Positions 1 to 12,894 of a DNA stretch of 64,000 nt are shown here, piece after piece. This DNA comes from Lama guanicoe (taxonomy: Eukaryota). Each line of letters starts with the position of its first letter. Position 1 is the first letter of the stretch. The position numbers and the translations under genes are program-made. The stretch lies in assembly GCA_013239625.1 (NCBI GenBank), contig MU053994.1:995775-1059774 (forward strand), given 5' to 3'. Below the pieces are notes generated by a model. The model did no database searches. It saw only the letters and a list, made by a program, of their open reading frames with translations, and was not told where the DNA came from.

Positions 1-49
1 ACTATAGTAACTGGTGTGTAACTGGGGGCACTAATCGTAATATAGCTCT

Positions 50-275
50 AATTGCCAGCGTTTGCTGCCTCTTAGTCTCTGTTCTAAGGGTTTTATGTGT
101 AACTCATTGAAGCCTCATGAGAACCTTTTAAGGTAGGTACTATATTAATATCCCCACTTTACAGATGAGAAAACAGTCACTGAGAGGTTAGTGTGCTCTG
201 GGTTATATAGCTAGTAAGTGGTAGAGCCAGGCTTGAAGCCCAGACAGTCTGACTCCAGGGCTTTCGTCTTAACCG
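50..275 (-). mobile_element. MIR SINE relic
   Basis: MIR core in reverse: ccccactttacagatgagaaaac ... agctagtaagtggtagagccagg ... cagtctgactccag. Confidence 0.85.
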
Positions 276-344
276 CGATGACTTACTGCTGCACAGTGGT
301 GGCCGATAGTGCTGTGTTGGATTGTGGCCATCTGTAGGGTAGCG

Positions 345-430
345 TTCCCGCCTTTCACCTGCACGGCCCGCAATGCGTGCTATATGTAGTAATAGGTGCT
401 CCATAAGTGCTTATTGAATGAGTATGTGAA
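345..430 (+). mobile_element. L2 3' end fragment
   Basis: taggtgctccataagtgcttattgaatgagt resembles the L2 terminus. Confidence 0.55.
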
Positions 431-706
431 GGGATATCCATCACTTACTGAGATGGGAAGTTTTTGTGGAGGGCCACTCGTCCTCCACAAAGCCTGTTCT
501 TCTTCAGAGCCACCCTACTCGGTCGCCCTGAGCCCCGGTGCGCCTCCTTTCACCTTAGAGGGCTGGTGCCACACCCTATGTTAGTATTGCTTCTGAGGTT
601 TCAATAGCCTGGCTGATCCTCATAGCCGACCTGGCCCAAATTGCCTCGGAGTGACTCAGAAAGCTTTGCTTGGTAAATACAGATCTTTGAAAGCTATTCC
701 CCTAGA

Positions 707-915
707 GCAGGAGTTGGCCCAGTGTTTCTATAAAGGGCCAGATAGTAAATATTTTAAACTTTGCAAGCTGAAGGGTCTCTGTCGCCACTTCGCCATCATG
801 GCTTGAAAGCAGCTGCAGACAATAAATAAATGGATAGGTGTGGCTGTGTTCCAAAACTCTGCAGAAAGAAGCTGGCTGGCCACTTTTGGCAGATCTGTCT
901 TTTGTCAACCCTGCT
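707..915 (+). mobile_element. MER58A-like hAT-Charlie DNA transposon relic
   Basis: tttctataaagggccagatagtaaatatttt ... gtgtggctgtgttcca; degenerate termini caggagttggc / gtcaaccctg. Confidence 0.8.
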
Positions 916-1254
916 GCACAGTGCCAGTTTTCCTGGGTGCTACCCCTGTTAATGGAAATATTCAGAAAAAGTAAATTGACTTCTTTCATGCAGTTATAAA
1001 AATGAACACTTATTAATGATCGTATTTTACTCAGAGAACCAGCAGATGCTATAAGCAGTTCAAAGGGAAAAAGTCAAAAAGCATAAATGTATACTGAGTG
1101 AAGGGATTGAATTGCAAATGGAGGCAGAACCATTTTTTTCCTGCAGTGGGGGAAGGGAAGTCAATGAAAACTGGACAATTACAGTTGTGATGTCTACCAG
1201 TCACCTATAAAGAGTGACAAAAGAGCTCAAAGGCAATGAAAGCTTGCAGCCTGG

Positions 1255-1430
1255 GGGGATGTGCTATATGTAGACAATGCAGAGCTTTCCTTCGAAACAC
1301 TTACTTTATACACCCCCGAGAGACTAGAACCAGAGGTCTGATGTTATACTCAGAAATCTGCATTTTGAACAGATCTGCAAAGCTTTGGTCCAGCAGGAAG
1401 GCTTCATACCACACTTCGAGGAACACCATG
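1255..1430. mobile_element. MER5-like hAT relic
   Basis: tcagaaatctgcattttgaacag ... accacacttcgagga. Confidence 0.45.
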
Positions 1431-4400
1431 TGAAGGACCACTGTCTGTCTGCCCTCCCTTTTCCTGGAGTGCTCCTCTCCTCTGATTAAGGGAAATCAAC
1501 CCTCATCTTGTGACATTCACACATACATTTGACCAGATGAGGGGACAAATAGTTTCTTTCCTGTAGGGTGTGGTGGGGACAGGGGAAGACTGGATATTAG
1601 GAAGAACTCATCCTCCTCTAATGTATTTACTATTTGTTTGCTCATGTCAGGGAGAAGGACCAAATGGATGGAGTGGAGACTTAACACGAGTTGATGATAA
1701 AAATAATTTAGGGCACTAAGAAAAGGATGTTTTCAAGAAAGGTCATGTGAACCTTGAAAGCTCTTGGTGCACTTGTAAGAAGGTGGAGGAGGGGAGACTG
1801 GGAGAATTAGGCCAGCACTGGGAGGGACCGTAGAGGGGACAAGGACTGGGAGAGCAGGAAGCATGAATTTTAAACAATCAGGAGTACAGAGACTTCAATA
1901 AGCACATTGGGGGACTCAAACTCATTAAGTTGGCAGCCCATTATACATTTACTTTCCTGCACATCTTTAACTGCTAGCCTCTGTCCTGGTCCATCAAACG
2001 CTGTTGCTCCTTGGGCAGAACAGCTAACCTGTCTTGTGCGTTTCTAGAGGATGGGGAAGTTCAGAAAAACCCCGGACTGTCAGCAAGCTGACTTCCTTTT
2101 TACTAGATTTCCTGTCTGAAAAAGGGACGGATGGGTGGGTGTCCTTGATACAGGGTATCTGGAAATTATCTGCAAGTAAGGGTAGTTGAGACATAATTTC
2201 CCTCTGATTTGCTTTCCAGTGGGAGCAGTCCTTTGTGTCTGAGAGTGAGGGTGGGAGAGTGAGGAGAGTTCAGTCCCCCACAAGCCTTTGACTCAAACAG
2301 TTCCAGCATCTCAGACTATACCCCTGCTCGCAGAGCTGCCTTGAAAACGGTACCATTTCATGCTAGTGGGAGAGCCTTCATGTGAATTCCCTAGCTCAGT
2401 GAGTACAGCAGTTTAAAGGCCAGGCGTCTTCTTTGTCACCTAGGTCTCTGATACCATTTAAGATGCTTTAAGGGAAAATGGACACAGGGACACAAGGAGA
2501 CAACAAGGGAAAATGGCTGTGTGGAGTCAGGAGTGAGTGGTGGGAGGTGGGAGATGGGAGGCATGCCTGGTGGCACAGATGATGGGCGGGTAGTTGGCTA
2601 TACTGAAAGCTCGATGGCTTTGCTTTCTGGCATTGAAATGCTGGCTGGAGAGTGTTGTACTCCTTTGACACCTGCATCTTACCGAGGATTCCATCCCTCT
2701 CTTATCTTTTGCTTGAGAGGATATCTCAGATCCTGCTTGTTTTGCTGGCAATGTCAAGTCTCCACTCATTCTGAAGTCTTGGCCAGCCCAGAAATCCTAG
2801 TGTCAAGAGCCTAAGTGATAAGAATGGCCCAGGTGGTAGGCGCTGCTGCCCATGGGATATCCCAGGCCTCCTGCTTGAGTAGGAAACAGAGGTGACAGCT
2901 CTGTTTCCATGGCAGCTGTTTGGGCCCCACTTTTACCAGGAGCACAGCCCTAGCGCGTGCCCTGCTGGGATCGGGGATGCCCAAGTGTGCACCTCAGGCT
3001 GCCATCCAGCCCCTGCTCTGTTCACTCTGCTCAGAGTACTCAGTGCCTCCTGAAAGAACACAGCAAGTGGGCTGTCCTCTTTTTGCAGGAGATATTCTTC
3101 CTGCCCTCACCTTGTTTACACTCCAAAAGGCACCTGGAATGGGGAAGGTTATCAGTGTGAAGTAGCTAAGTAAGGCATGGCCTCAGCCTTAAGTCCCTCT
3201 CGGAGAGCTCCCCGAAAGGTCTTTGTGCTGTTTCTGAAATAATCCTTTGCTGCTTAATTTTAGAGTTAACCACAGAAGCCTTAAGGGAGCTAAGAGCTGT
3301 GTGAAAGGCAGGAGCCTGTTTCCAGGCAGGACATACTGTCATTTGAGGTTCATAACCTTTAGTTCTTAATTTACACAGGAACTCTGAGCAGCTCTGTGAC
3401 TTCTGCCATATTGGCATTCTTTGTTTTGTATTCATGGATGGCCAGCATGGCATACTGGGACAAAACTGCAAAATTTGATACAGTTGAAGAATGGAATTTT
3501 AGGATTATTTGGGGCTTTCATACGTTGTACACATCATCTTTTTATTTGGGGGTTGTAGATAGCCATAAATACAGAGGCTTAAAAAAACCTACATTGGGAG
3601 ATAAAATGAAGAAGAAAAAGAACTGAAGCAGTGGGCTATCCCAACCAAAAATGAAGCTACTCAGATTTTCCTAATTTAACAATAATGTATCTTCCCATAC
3701 TTTTCTGTAAGACAAGAGTGTCTTCTGGGTCAGGGATAGGAGTGTGATGTATTTACTGTTATGCAGACCCACTTGAAAGTTCTGGGGGCCGTGGTGAGGG
3801 TGGATGAACTTGTCGGCCTGTGTAGCAAGGTGGAGGCTGTGTTTTAGGACAGAAATGATGAGACATGGAGGAAAAGCAGGTAGAGAGGGAGCCGTGAGAA
3901 GAGTAGGCTGACTTCTGCGAAAACACAGTTCCGGCATGCACCTTGCCTTCCAGGGGCAGCTCTAACCCGTCAGTGATGACAGGCCATCAGGAAAATCCCC
4001 TTCCTGGGTCTCAGGATCCTGACTGCCACCAAGTACAGAAGTCCCTTTCTCATGGAAGCAGGTGGATGGCCAGACCTAACCCTTGCCTCTGGTTGTCAAG
4101 CAAGGCCCTGCCTTGATCTTTGACTCCTTTCTTGGGAGATAGGCCCTGAATCTGCACACAGGAGAACTTGTGGCATTTGAAATTCCCCTTCCTGTCCTCG
4201 GTTTGGAAGTCGCTTGCCTTTTCTGTTTGAGATTGACAGCCAGGTTTTTCTTAATTCTGTGTCCCAAGGGAAGCAAAGGAGTTGTCACTATGGACCTACA
4301 GTGTCTTTCTCGAGAAAATTCATGAAAGCAGTCAGAAGCCTCCCTCCCCAGCTCCAGCAGGGGCCTGGTCTGGCCTGTAGAGATTTGGCTGTGAGTTGTG

Positions 4401-5329
4401 GACCGTTCCTCTTGCTGTTCACTGTCAGCCTTCCAGGGGCCAACCCCAGCTTGGGAATCCACAACTTCTCAGGGCATTGAAGAGAACCACCACCTGGCAG
4501 AGCACTAGACGTAGGGCAGGTGGGGTCTGAGCATGTCTTGGCATGACCTTTAGTCGGAAATAGAGTTGGGGAAAAACCTGTGACTGGCCTCTGCCCTTGG
4601 TGTCCTGAAATTGCTGCCTCGCGGATGGCAAGGCATGTGGGGTTTTTTTTTTTTCTCTATTCCTGGCATTTAGCATGATGCCTGGCACCTAGAAGCCCAG
4701 GAGATGTGAACTTAGAAGCTGCCAGAGTGAGAGATGCTCTCCCTTCTGGATAGAGTGGGACAGTCTAAGGATCCAGGAGGCATGATACAGGCAACCGAGG
4801 GTGTTGGACAATGTGGCAGTTAATTACCAAACAATTACTGTCTATATTCTAAGACAAATCAGATGTGAGAAGGCTTAAGACTGGATATCAGCAAGGAGAG
4901 CATAGGTGGGAAAGACATTTCGATATTTTAATTTAACCCTTAGAACATACGACTTCACTGGTTTTAAAGCAAGATCAGCCCGTCGTATTGAATTTTATTT
5001 TATTTTATTTTCAAGACAGTACTTTTTTTTTTCATCCTCCATTTGACACAGTAGTTTAAAAAGTCCTGGGCCAGTATACCTGGTTATTCTGTCACTGGCA
5101 GTCTTCTTAACTTTTAGGAAATAATTCTAGTGAACCAAACCTGAGCCTCTGAATAAGATATTGTCTGCCATTGTCACTATATAAGAAGAGTTGGTAGAAC
5201 CTGGCTTTTCGTGGTGTTTTTTGCATGACGCATCTTAAATGAACAGCACAACAAAACCCCAGGCAGCCAAAGGACAAAAAGTAAAGTAATAAGATCTAAG
5301 CTGGTAAGGAAAAGAGTAGAAGAATGGAG

Positions 5330-5525
5330 GAATTCTCATCAAAAGATTTTAAACAGTCCCCTGAACACAAACTGGTGATGGTGGTTGACTCCAGGAAAGG
5401 GAACTGGGAAGTTAGGGGTTCCAGGTGGAAAGAAGATTCTCTTCACCATTGAATTCCTTTGTGTCTTTTAAATTTTTTATTACATTCATTTATATCATTC
5501 TGAAATTAATCAGTTAAAAACAAAA
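5330..5525 (+). mobile_element. Ancient L1M(E)-like 3' end fragment
   Basis: caaactggtgatggtggttgactccaggaaagggaactggg ... ending in an A-rich tail. Confidence 0.5.
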
Positions 5526-6143
5526 ACACAGCTTCCTGATGAGAAAGAGGGAGCAAGTGCTTTGTCACTCATCTTTCAGAAACATAGCATCCCAAACTCT
5601 GTTGGGGATTGTTTTGACCCATCCCTCTTGATTTTGCTGATGTAATTCCTTTCCAGCTAGGCTTATTTTACAAATAAATGCAGGTGCAGAATTTTAATCC
5701 AGGATATGCTGTACAGATGAGTGACTTCAGCATTTATAATCAACCATTTGGCTTCTTATAGCCAACAGTCCCTAAACATCTAATTTATAAAACCAAAAAG
5801 AACAGATTTTAATGTAGTCCTCTACTTCTGGATCCCTGAAGAGAGTCCAAAAGTTTTCAGGCTACCAGACCTTGGCCAGACCACAGTATATTGATTATTG
5901 GTCTTGAAATCAGTTCTTTAAAAGAATTCAAAAATTTCCACGCTTGGTTCTGCGATCTAAGCTTTCTTTGATTTGCCTGGGACTGAAAGGCTCCAAGGTA
6001 AGTGAATTTCTTTGGCACTGAATAAATAGCTGTAACTTTGGTTAAGACTCTCACGGGCACACGATACCTTGCATTAGATCAGGATTGAGTCCTACTTGGA
6101 AGAGTGGAGGAATTGATCATCATGTTGGCAGTTCACCTTCAGT

Positions 6144-6829
6144 AGAGTGTAGTGGTGAGACGGTGGTGAGACAAAGAAAACTCGGCGCATTTCTTCCATC
6201 CGTGTTTAATTTTGGTTTCAGTCACTCATTCAGTTCAGATTTGATTCTTTTCTTTCTTTCCCTGATGATGACCGTGTGAAAATGTGATCCACAAAACAGT
6301 ATGCAAATGTTAGTTGTGCACTTATTTCTCCATGTTGGGGATCGCTGGCTTTGAAGAAGTCTCAATTGAGTTACGGGTTTGTTTGTTTTTTTTATTTCAA
6401 TCTGCACATCTGGGGACAACCCCTCCTCGTGTCACAGGAGGCTGTAGAGTCAGGCAGTTGTGTTTATTCCCCTTCGTAAGTGTGACCGGAAGACGCTGTG
6501 ATTTCCGAGAAGCTTGGCTTTCATTGGAATGAGGAGACAAGCTACTGAGGCTAATGCCCCGGGGTAGGTCAGATCAAAGGCCTTCCCGGAGCTCGGCTTC
6601 CGTTCCTCCAATTAGGTGAGAAGAGGATTGAACTTCAGTCGCTGGGAATATTAAAGCTCACCAGACATGCATACTGTTTTGTGGATCACTCCATCACATG
6701 GTCATCATCAGGGAAAGAAAGAAAAGATCCAAGTCTGAACTGAATGAGTTACTGAAACCGAAATTAAGCATGGGTGGAAGAAATGCGCTGATTTTTCTTT
6801 GCCCCACCACCGTCTCACCACTACACTCT
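6144..6829. repeat. Long inverted repeat: arms 6144-6305 and 6668-6829, 362-bp spacer
   Basis: Hand alignment: 162 bp, no gaps, 17 mismatches. The + strand ORF at 6085 and the - strand ORF at 6879 give near-identical peptides. Confidence 0.95.
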
Positions 6830-7240
6830 TCACTAGGCTTCCAAAGCACCCCACTCTCTTGGTTTTGCTTATAACTCACCGGCTTTCTGAGCCGCCTTTA
6901 CTTGGTCTTCTCCTCAATCTCTTAATGTAGGCGGGCCCCAGGTCTCAGTCTGGGCCTCTTTTCTCTATACCAGCTCCCTCCGTGCCCTCATTCCATGTCA
7001 CGACTTTTTAAATGCCAACTAAATCCTGAACACTCCCAGTCTTTCCCCTGATCCCAAACCCATATCCCGCAGCCTTCTCTACTTTGATATTTCCAACTCA
7101 GGGTGTCCCCAGTCTGAACTGATCTTCTTTCTGCAAACACACACACACCCCAGTTCTAACTGCAGCTGCACTTTTCCTTAAGCCCCCACTTCCTTCTCTT
7201 CCCAAATTATGTTCTAGCCTTCTCCGTGCTCTTCCCCCTC
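6822..7240 (+). mobile_element. L2 LINE relic
   Basis: cttcactaggcttcc ... ctctcttggttttgc ... ccccaggtctcagtctgggcctcttttctcta resembles the internal L2 consensus. Confidence 0.7.
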
Positions 7241-8054
7241 CTCACCAGTGACTGAGGTAGAATCACACGAAGGGGAGATAAGTATTCCAGTGTTTGAACT
7301 GAAGCACGCTGTCATCCATCCATTTATTTTAAGGCTGAGGACACAGGCCCAGGTCCCCCAGCCAGGTTTCATGGATTCTTGTTTTCTTGGCAAACAGCTG
7401 TGTGTGCTTTTGGGTGGTTTCTTCAGAGCCATCCAGTGGACTCATTTATAAAGTTGGAATAGCTCAGGCTGGCTCCAGGCAAGAGGTACAACCAAATAAT
7501 ATATTAGCCATACTTTTCCATTCAGCATCTCTGTTTTCTACCCAGTAAGCCACAACCCTCAGCCCTCAAGAGTGCTGTTATTTAAAACTTTGACTCATAA
7601 AGCTGTATCAGGCCTACCAGCTAGAGGAAATGTTGCTGCCAGATTGTTTCTGACCATGCACATCTCTTGAGACCCTTAAAACCAGATTCATGATGAAAGG
7701 TGCTTTGGCACGGCAAATTATTGTATTTATGTTCAGGTTACTAAATTATTTATGCTAGCCGTGGAGGAGCTTCTCTGCTTTTTGGCTAATAAATGTTGAC
7801 TTCTCTTAGTAGGGTCTTAATAGGGCTGAGTAAGCTCACAGGTCCTTAGAAATCGGTTTGAGTATTAATGGTCTTGAAACTAAGAAACATCGCCTAGAAA
7901 TAGTTCCTAGAGCCTAAAAGATTAAGGCGAGAAGAAACAAATGACCAAGGCAGAATTATCTTACTTGATTATAAGTAGTATATTTAATCTTTCTGTATCT
8001 TGCTTACTCTAATTAAAAAGCAAAAATATAATATTGAGTGTTCATTCTTCAAAG

Positions 8055-8238
8055 GCGGTGGTTCTCAACCTTGGCTGTACATTGGTGTCACCTAGGTGCT
8101 TAAGGAACACTGATGCCTACGTTCCACCACCCCCACCCCCCAGAGAGTCTAATTTAACTGGTTTTGAGTGGGGCCCAGTCGTCAGCATTTTTGAAAGCTC
8201 CCCACGTGATTCTAATGTGCAAGGGCTGAGAATTCTGG
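8055..8238 (+). mobile_element. MER5A-like hAT-Charlie element
   Basis: cggtggttctcaaccttggctgtacattgg ... gctccccacgtgattctaatgtgca ... gctgagaattctg. Confidence 0.85.
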
Positions 8239-8639
8239 TAATAGGGCCTTGAAAATACTTCACAGGCATCTGTCCTAATTTTTTGTTTTCTGGAAGAGAC
8301 AAGAACCTCCTGGGAATTTTCCATATCTTGTATTTATTTGTGGGAGATAGGAAAATGAAAAACAGTTCCCCTTTGCCTAGAAACATTATACTTTTACAGA
8401 ATCTGAAACACTAGCTACATGTCCATAGCCTGTTACCAGGACATGGTGCAGATACATTTCCCACCCCATTCAGTGTAGGAGATTCTGTAAGTGTCTCCCT
8501 CAATGTGTCTAAACCCTGAGACCAGCTCACCATCACCTAGCCAGTAAGTTGCAGGTCTAGGATTTGAACCCTGATCCCACATCATCCTCCATTCTTTTCC
8601 TATCTCCTGGCTACAGGGAGGACCATCTTTGGATGCCAC

Positions 8640-9800
8640 CTGCCGAATCCCTACAGTATAGTTCTATATGAACAAGAAAAATAATGTTAAAGGAGAGATT
8701 TGGGATGTTACCTGTTTGAGCAGCTAGGCCTGCCTGAAGATTACTCTGCAGTAATAACTCAGTGGAAAGTGAAAGGCTGAATATTAAGTGGGGAGGGGAA
8801 AATAATGGAGTAGAGATCCTTGGACGTAGGGTCCAGAGCACAGGTGGAAGTATTAGTCTTGAACAGGTCAAAGGACACATCTTTGATTTCAACAACTCGG
8901 GAGGAAGAAGCATGTGTGGATACAGGTACAGAGGTAGGGCAGCAAGTTAAGGTGAGTTTTTTTCTGATGGTTTCAATTTTCTTTGTGATGTGTTAAGAAA
9001 TAATCTATGGGAACTTCATGAGGCAAGGTAGGTGGTTTGAGAGGATAATGTTTGAAAAAGCCCTTGTGGAGAGTGGGCAAGATACCAGGAAGATGGTAGC
9101 AGTCAGTGTCAGCAATTTATGAAGGATGGAAATCATGTGAATTTGTCACTTCAAAGACTTTATTTCTTGTTCACTGCTATTTTTTTTTCAGTGCCCAGCA
9201 TTGTGCCTGGGGCACGGCAGGTTTTGAATAAATGGTTGACTTAGTGAAGAATAAATAGAGTAAAACTAAAGAAGTGGCAGAGCTGGAAAGATGGGAGGGT
9301 GTGGGCGCAGAGTGAGATCTGAATTTACTCTTCTGGAGGTAGAGTGTTCCAGGTCCTGACAGATACTGTGTTGTGGCCACGGAAGTAGATGGCAGCAGAT
9401 GCCAGAAATCACCCTGGATGATAGGGTGTAGAATAGAGGGTAAAACCGTCAACCATCTGTCAATCTTTAAAAATATAAGGGAATCGTACTTTCCTAGGAA
9501 GGGGTAGAATGTGGTATATGGTATAGCCAGATGTTCTGAGCACCAGGGGAGAAGGGATAGCTGTTGATGAGTGGAAGGGCAATGGTCTGGAAGTGGCATT
9601 GGGTCATAAGAAAAATTCTAACAAGGTTCATGGTTATGAGTGTGTTGGATATAGGAGAAAAGGCCACAGAAGACATGGTATGCTGAGAGGAGAGATGGAT
9701 TCTGCAGAGGGCCAGGAGCTGAAAGGGACATTCCAAAGAGAGGAGCTTATTCCTCAGCAAAGTAACTGAGTTTTGATGGAAAGACTTTGGAAGGACTTTG
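8640..9800 (-). mobile_element. Degenerate L2 relic with a nested opposite-strand L2 3' end near 9160-9250
   Basis: Purine-rich L2-like segments such as ggaagtggcattgggtc and tctgatggtttcaattttct; nested ttgttcactgct ... cagcattgtgcctgg ... gaataaatggttgac. Confidence 0.5.
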
Positions 9801-9805
9801 CCATG

Positions 9806-10224
9806 TGTTTCAGTTATCTTTGCCATGTTAATGCTGCTTAATAATCAACAACAAAACCTTGGGGGGCATATAACAAGTACTTTCTGCACATGTTTCTAGA
9901 GTCAGATGGGGATCACCTAAGTGGCTCTAATGATCTTGGTTGGGTTTATGTCTGGTGGTTAGCTGTCTGCCAGCTGACCTATGCTGGGGTAACTTGGCTG
10001 TCCCATGTATCTCTCATCTTCTTCCTGCGACCAGTAGACCATCCTGGGCATGGCCTCATCAAAGAGACTTCTCAAGTCTCTACTTGGGTCATATTTCCTA
10101 ACATCCTGTTGGTCCAAAAAAGTCACATAGCTGAGCTCAGAGTAAGCCATAAAATTATATGGCAAAGGGTATGGATGTAAGGAGGGATTAAAAAAATTGG
10201 GGGCCATTTTTGCAATCTGCCACA
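9806..10224. mobile_element. MLT1-type MaLR solo LTR
   Basis: Starts tgtttcagttatc, ends gccatttttgcaatctgccaca; TG...CA ends; ~420 bp. Confidence 0.75.
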
Positions 10225-10409
10225 TGTTGGGAAAGTGGGTAAGGAGAGGAACTGATGAGGTCATGACTAGAAGGGTTTACGTCCAGGAGTAAGCAAAGAT
10301 GACTTGCAGGAGAAGCAGGTGTGGTGTATGGCTGGGAGAAGCATTAGTTCCAGGAGACCTCTGATGGATGAGGGGTGGGCAGTCTGAGCCCTCCTAGGAA
10401 AAATATGAT

Positions 10410-10520
10410 CCACTTACCCTCTTGGCCTTAGTTTTCTCATGTATAAATGGAGATGACATTTTTCAGATTGTTAAAATCACAATGAGGTGATACAGTTGAA
10501 AACATCTTGTGAATGATGAA
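10410..10520 (+). mobile_element. MIR fragment
   Basis: cacttaccctcttggccttagttttctcatgtataaatggagat. Confidence 0.65.
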
Positions 10521-10838
10521 CTTAACATATGAGAATAGATGTGCATAGATCAGCCGACTGCTAGCTAACCCCCTGCATCTGAGTAAACCCAGCCAACAAT
10601 CAGAGACATATTGAGGGATGTCAGGGCCAGATTATCATATAACGTCTGTATAGAGGTCTGAAACCCCTACCAATGCTTCAGTGATTCCAACTTAAGGTCT
10701 CCTGAAAGAAAAAAAAAGTCTTTTTCTTTTATCATTAGAAGACTATCAAGCTGAGTAACTTTTGCCCCCCGGGTGGATGGCATGATTGACTCAGGTATCA
10801 GAAGACTATAGGCCCTCTATCAGTAATAATGCATGGCT

Positions 10839-10852
10839 CCTCTAGAGGGCAG
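10839..10852 (+). promoter_or_regulatory. CTCF-like motif (candidate)
   Basis: CCTCTAGAGGGCAG versus consensus CCASYAGRKGGCRS; motif match only. Confidence 0.3.
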
Positions 10853-11723
10853 TGTCCTCTACCCCACCCCTGCTAAGTCCTCTGGTGGCCACAGTAGGAG
10901 TTTATAGCTCTTTCAGAGAAACTGCTCAGAGCCCTCCAGCCTGGAATCTGGGAAACAAACCTGCTTGACTCCCAGAGTGGCTTCCTCCAGGCTGGCTCTC
11001 TGACCTCCCTTGGTTAAAGGTGGCGTTCCCTACTTATTAGGGAAGACTTCTCAGATGCAGGGGTCTAGACCCTATTGCCTTCTCCTGGGTGGTGTCCAGA
11101 AACAGAGGTCCACTGGCATTAATCCCAAGTACTTTTGCCTGGTGGGTAAATGGACTCTCAGGAGTGACCCGTGGGTCCTAAGCCAGGTATGCAAATGACT
11201 CCTGGAGTGATTAGATCACATCTGCGAGGACCCATTTGTGACTCTGAACATGGCTCCAGAAGGGACCGCATCAGACATGTCCTTTTCATCCTGGGAGCAC
11301 TTGCAATGGCATTTTTTAAAAAAATCTGTAGTCCTCTTTTACTGAACAGGGAAACAGCCCTTATGTGTGTGTGGTGTGGCCAGGTATGTAGTGCTCATCA
11401 GTGGAGGCTTCCACATGAATGTCACACATCTTGATTTAAGTAGCACAATAAAAATCTCTGCATGCACGATTTCATAATCTGTCTCATTACTCTCTGTTTC
11501 ATCCAGTATTAGAGCTGAATGTCAAAGCTTCTTGTTTTATATTCAGCTGTCAGCTAAGTATTCTCATTGTTTTTAACCCCTCTGCTCTCTTGACCATTCC
11601 TTGGTGAATTTGGACAGCTGGGCTGTTCCAGGCATTTGTATTTATCAGTTTATTGACTTGATTCTCATTTCACAAGTACTGAGTATTTGGTTTTTGGTCT
11701 TTGTATTTGATGACATCATCAAG

Positions 11724-11810
11724 AAAAGTAACGCCACTCACTGGGGTGTATTTAGGTTTGTTTCCTAAAACTGACGTGTGGGATATGTCGAAAACCCGAG
11801 ATCTGTAATG
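11724..11810 (+). repeat. 87-bp dispersed direct duplication, copy A (partner 36878-36964)
   Basis: Gapless hand alignment, 12 mismatches in 87. Confidence 0.92.
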
Positions 11811-12667
11811 GGAAATGACTGCCCATTGATTTTAGAAGTCAGTAATGTAGCTTAGTATTGGCCCAGGGTTGACAATGTGGATTCTTACCATGAGATTTTA
11901 AATTTTGACCAGAGGCCAACTTGTTTACAAATTTACTTGAGCACAGATCTATTACAAAAACTGGGCACACAGCACACTTTTCGAAGCTCAAAAATTATAA
12001 CCAGCCTGTTCTCTGCCTGCTTAAGGAAATGCCCCTGCCACTGAGCATTGGTGCCTGGAGCAGGATTGATCAGAATCCGGGTGGAGACTGTCATTCCAGT
12101 GCTCCAAGGGCTTGGGGACAATGGTCACAGCTCTGGTGAGACACTGAAGCCTTGTCCATGGCTCCTCTGGTTGGGGCTTTTATAGCTCGAAATGGGGAGT
12201 CAGTCCTTGTCTCTCCCTCCGCCACCATCCTCTGCTGAGATTGATGCCTCTGTCCCCTCCTGACTTGGGCCCAAGTTTTTTTCTTCTTCCTACATCATGT
12301 ACCCCATCGTTGCCCCTGCCTGCCTTTCTAGACCACTTGCCTAAGTGGCCTTCTTGGGAGACAGAGCTAGCCGCAGGGAGAGGGGAGTTATAATAGCTCT
12401 AATGAGAGGCGTCCGGAGCACCTCTGGCATGTTGCTGAGTAAAACACGAAAACCTCTGACCTAAGGAAATTTGTGAAATGCAGGATGTTTTGCATTTTTA
12501 TAGCTATTTTTAATGGCCAATGAATGAGTTTTAGGTCTGAGATAGTCTTTGGCTTGGGCCAAGGAGCATAAATAGAGATAAGAACTATGCCATGTATTTC
12601 AAGTGCCTTTGCTCTTTGATATTCTTTTCTTATTAAAGAAAGTTTGCAACAGTTTTGTTCAAAAGAA

Positions 12668-12894
12668 ATAGAGCGTGAGCCTCAGACGTAATTTAAAATT
12701 TTCTAGTGCCCACATTAAAAAGTAAAAAGAAAGAGGTAAAAATGCATGGCATATTTTTTGTGCTTTATTTTTCAGGCTCAGTCCTTGAAATCTGGTGTGT
12801 GGTTTACACTTACAGCACATCTCAGTTTGCACCAGCCACATTTCAAGTGCCCAGCGGCCACTGTGGCTAGTGGTTACTAGAATGGACAGCACAG
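12668..12894. mobile_element. MER3-like hAT-Charlie element
   Basis: gtaatttaaaattttctagt ... cacattaaaaagtaaaaagaaa ... agccacatttcaagtgc ... gtggctagtggttact ... tggacagcacag. Confidence 0.85.
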
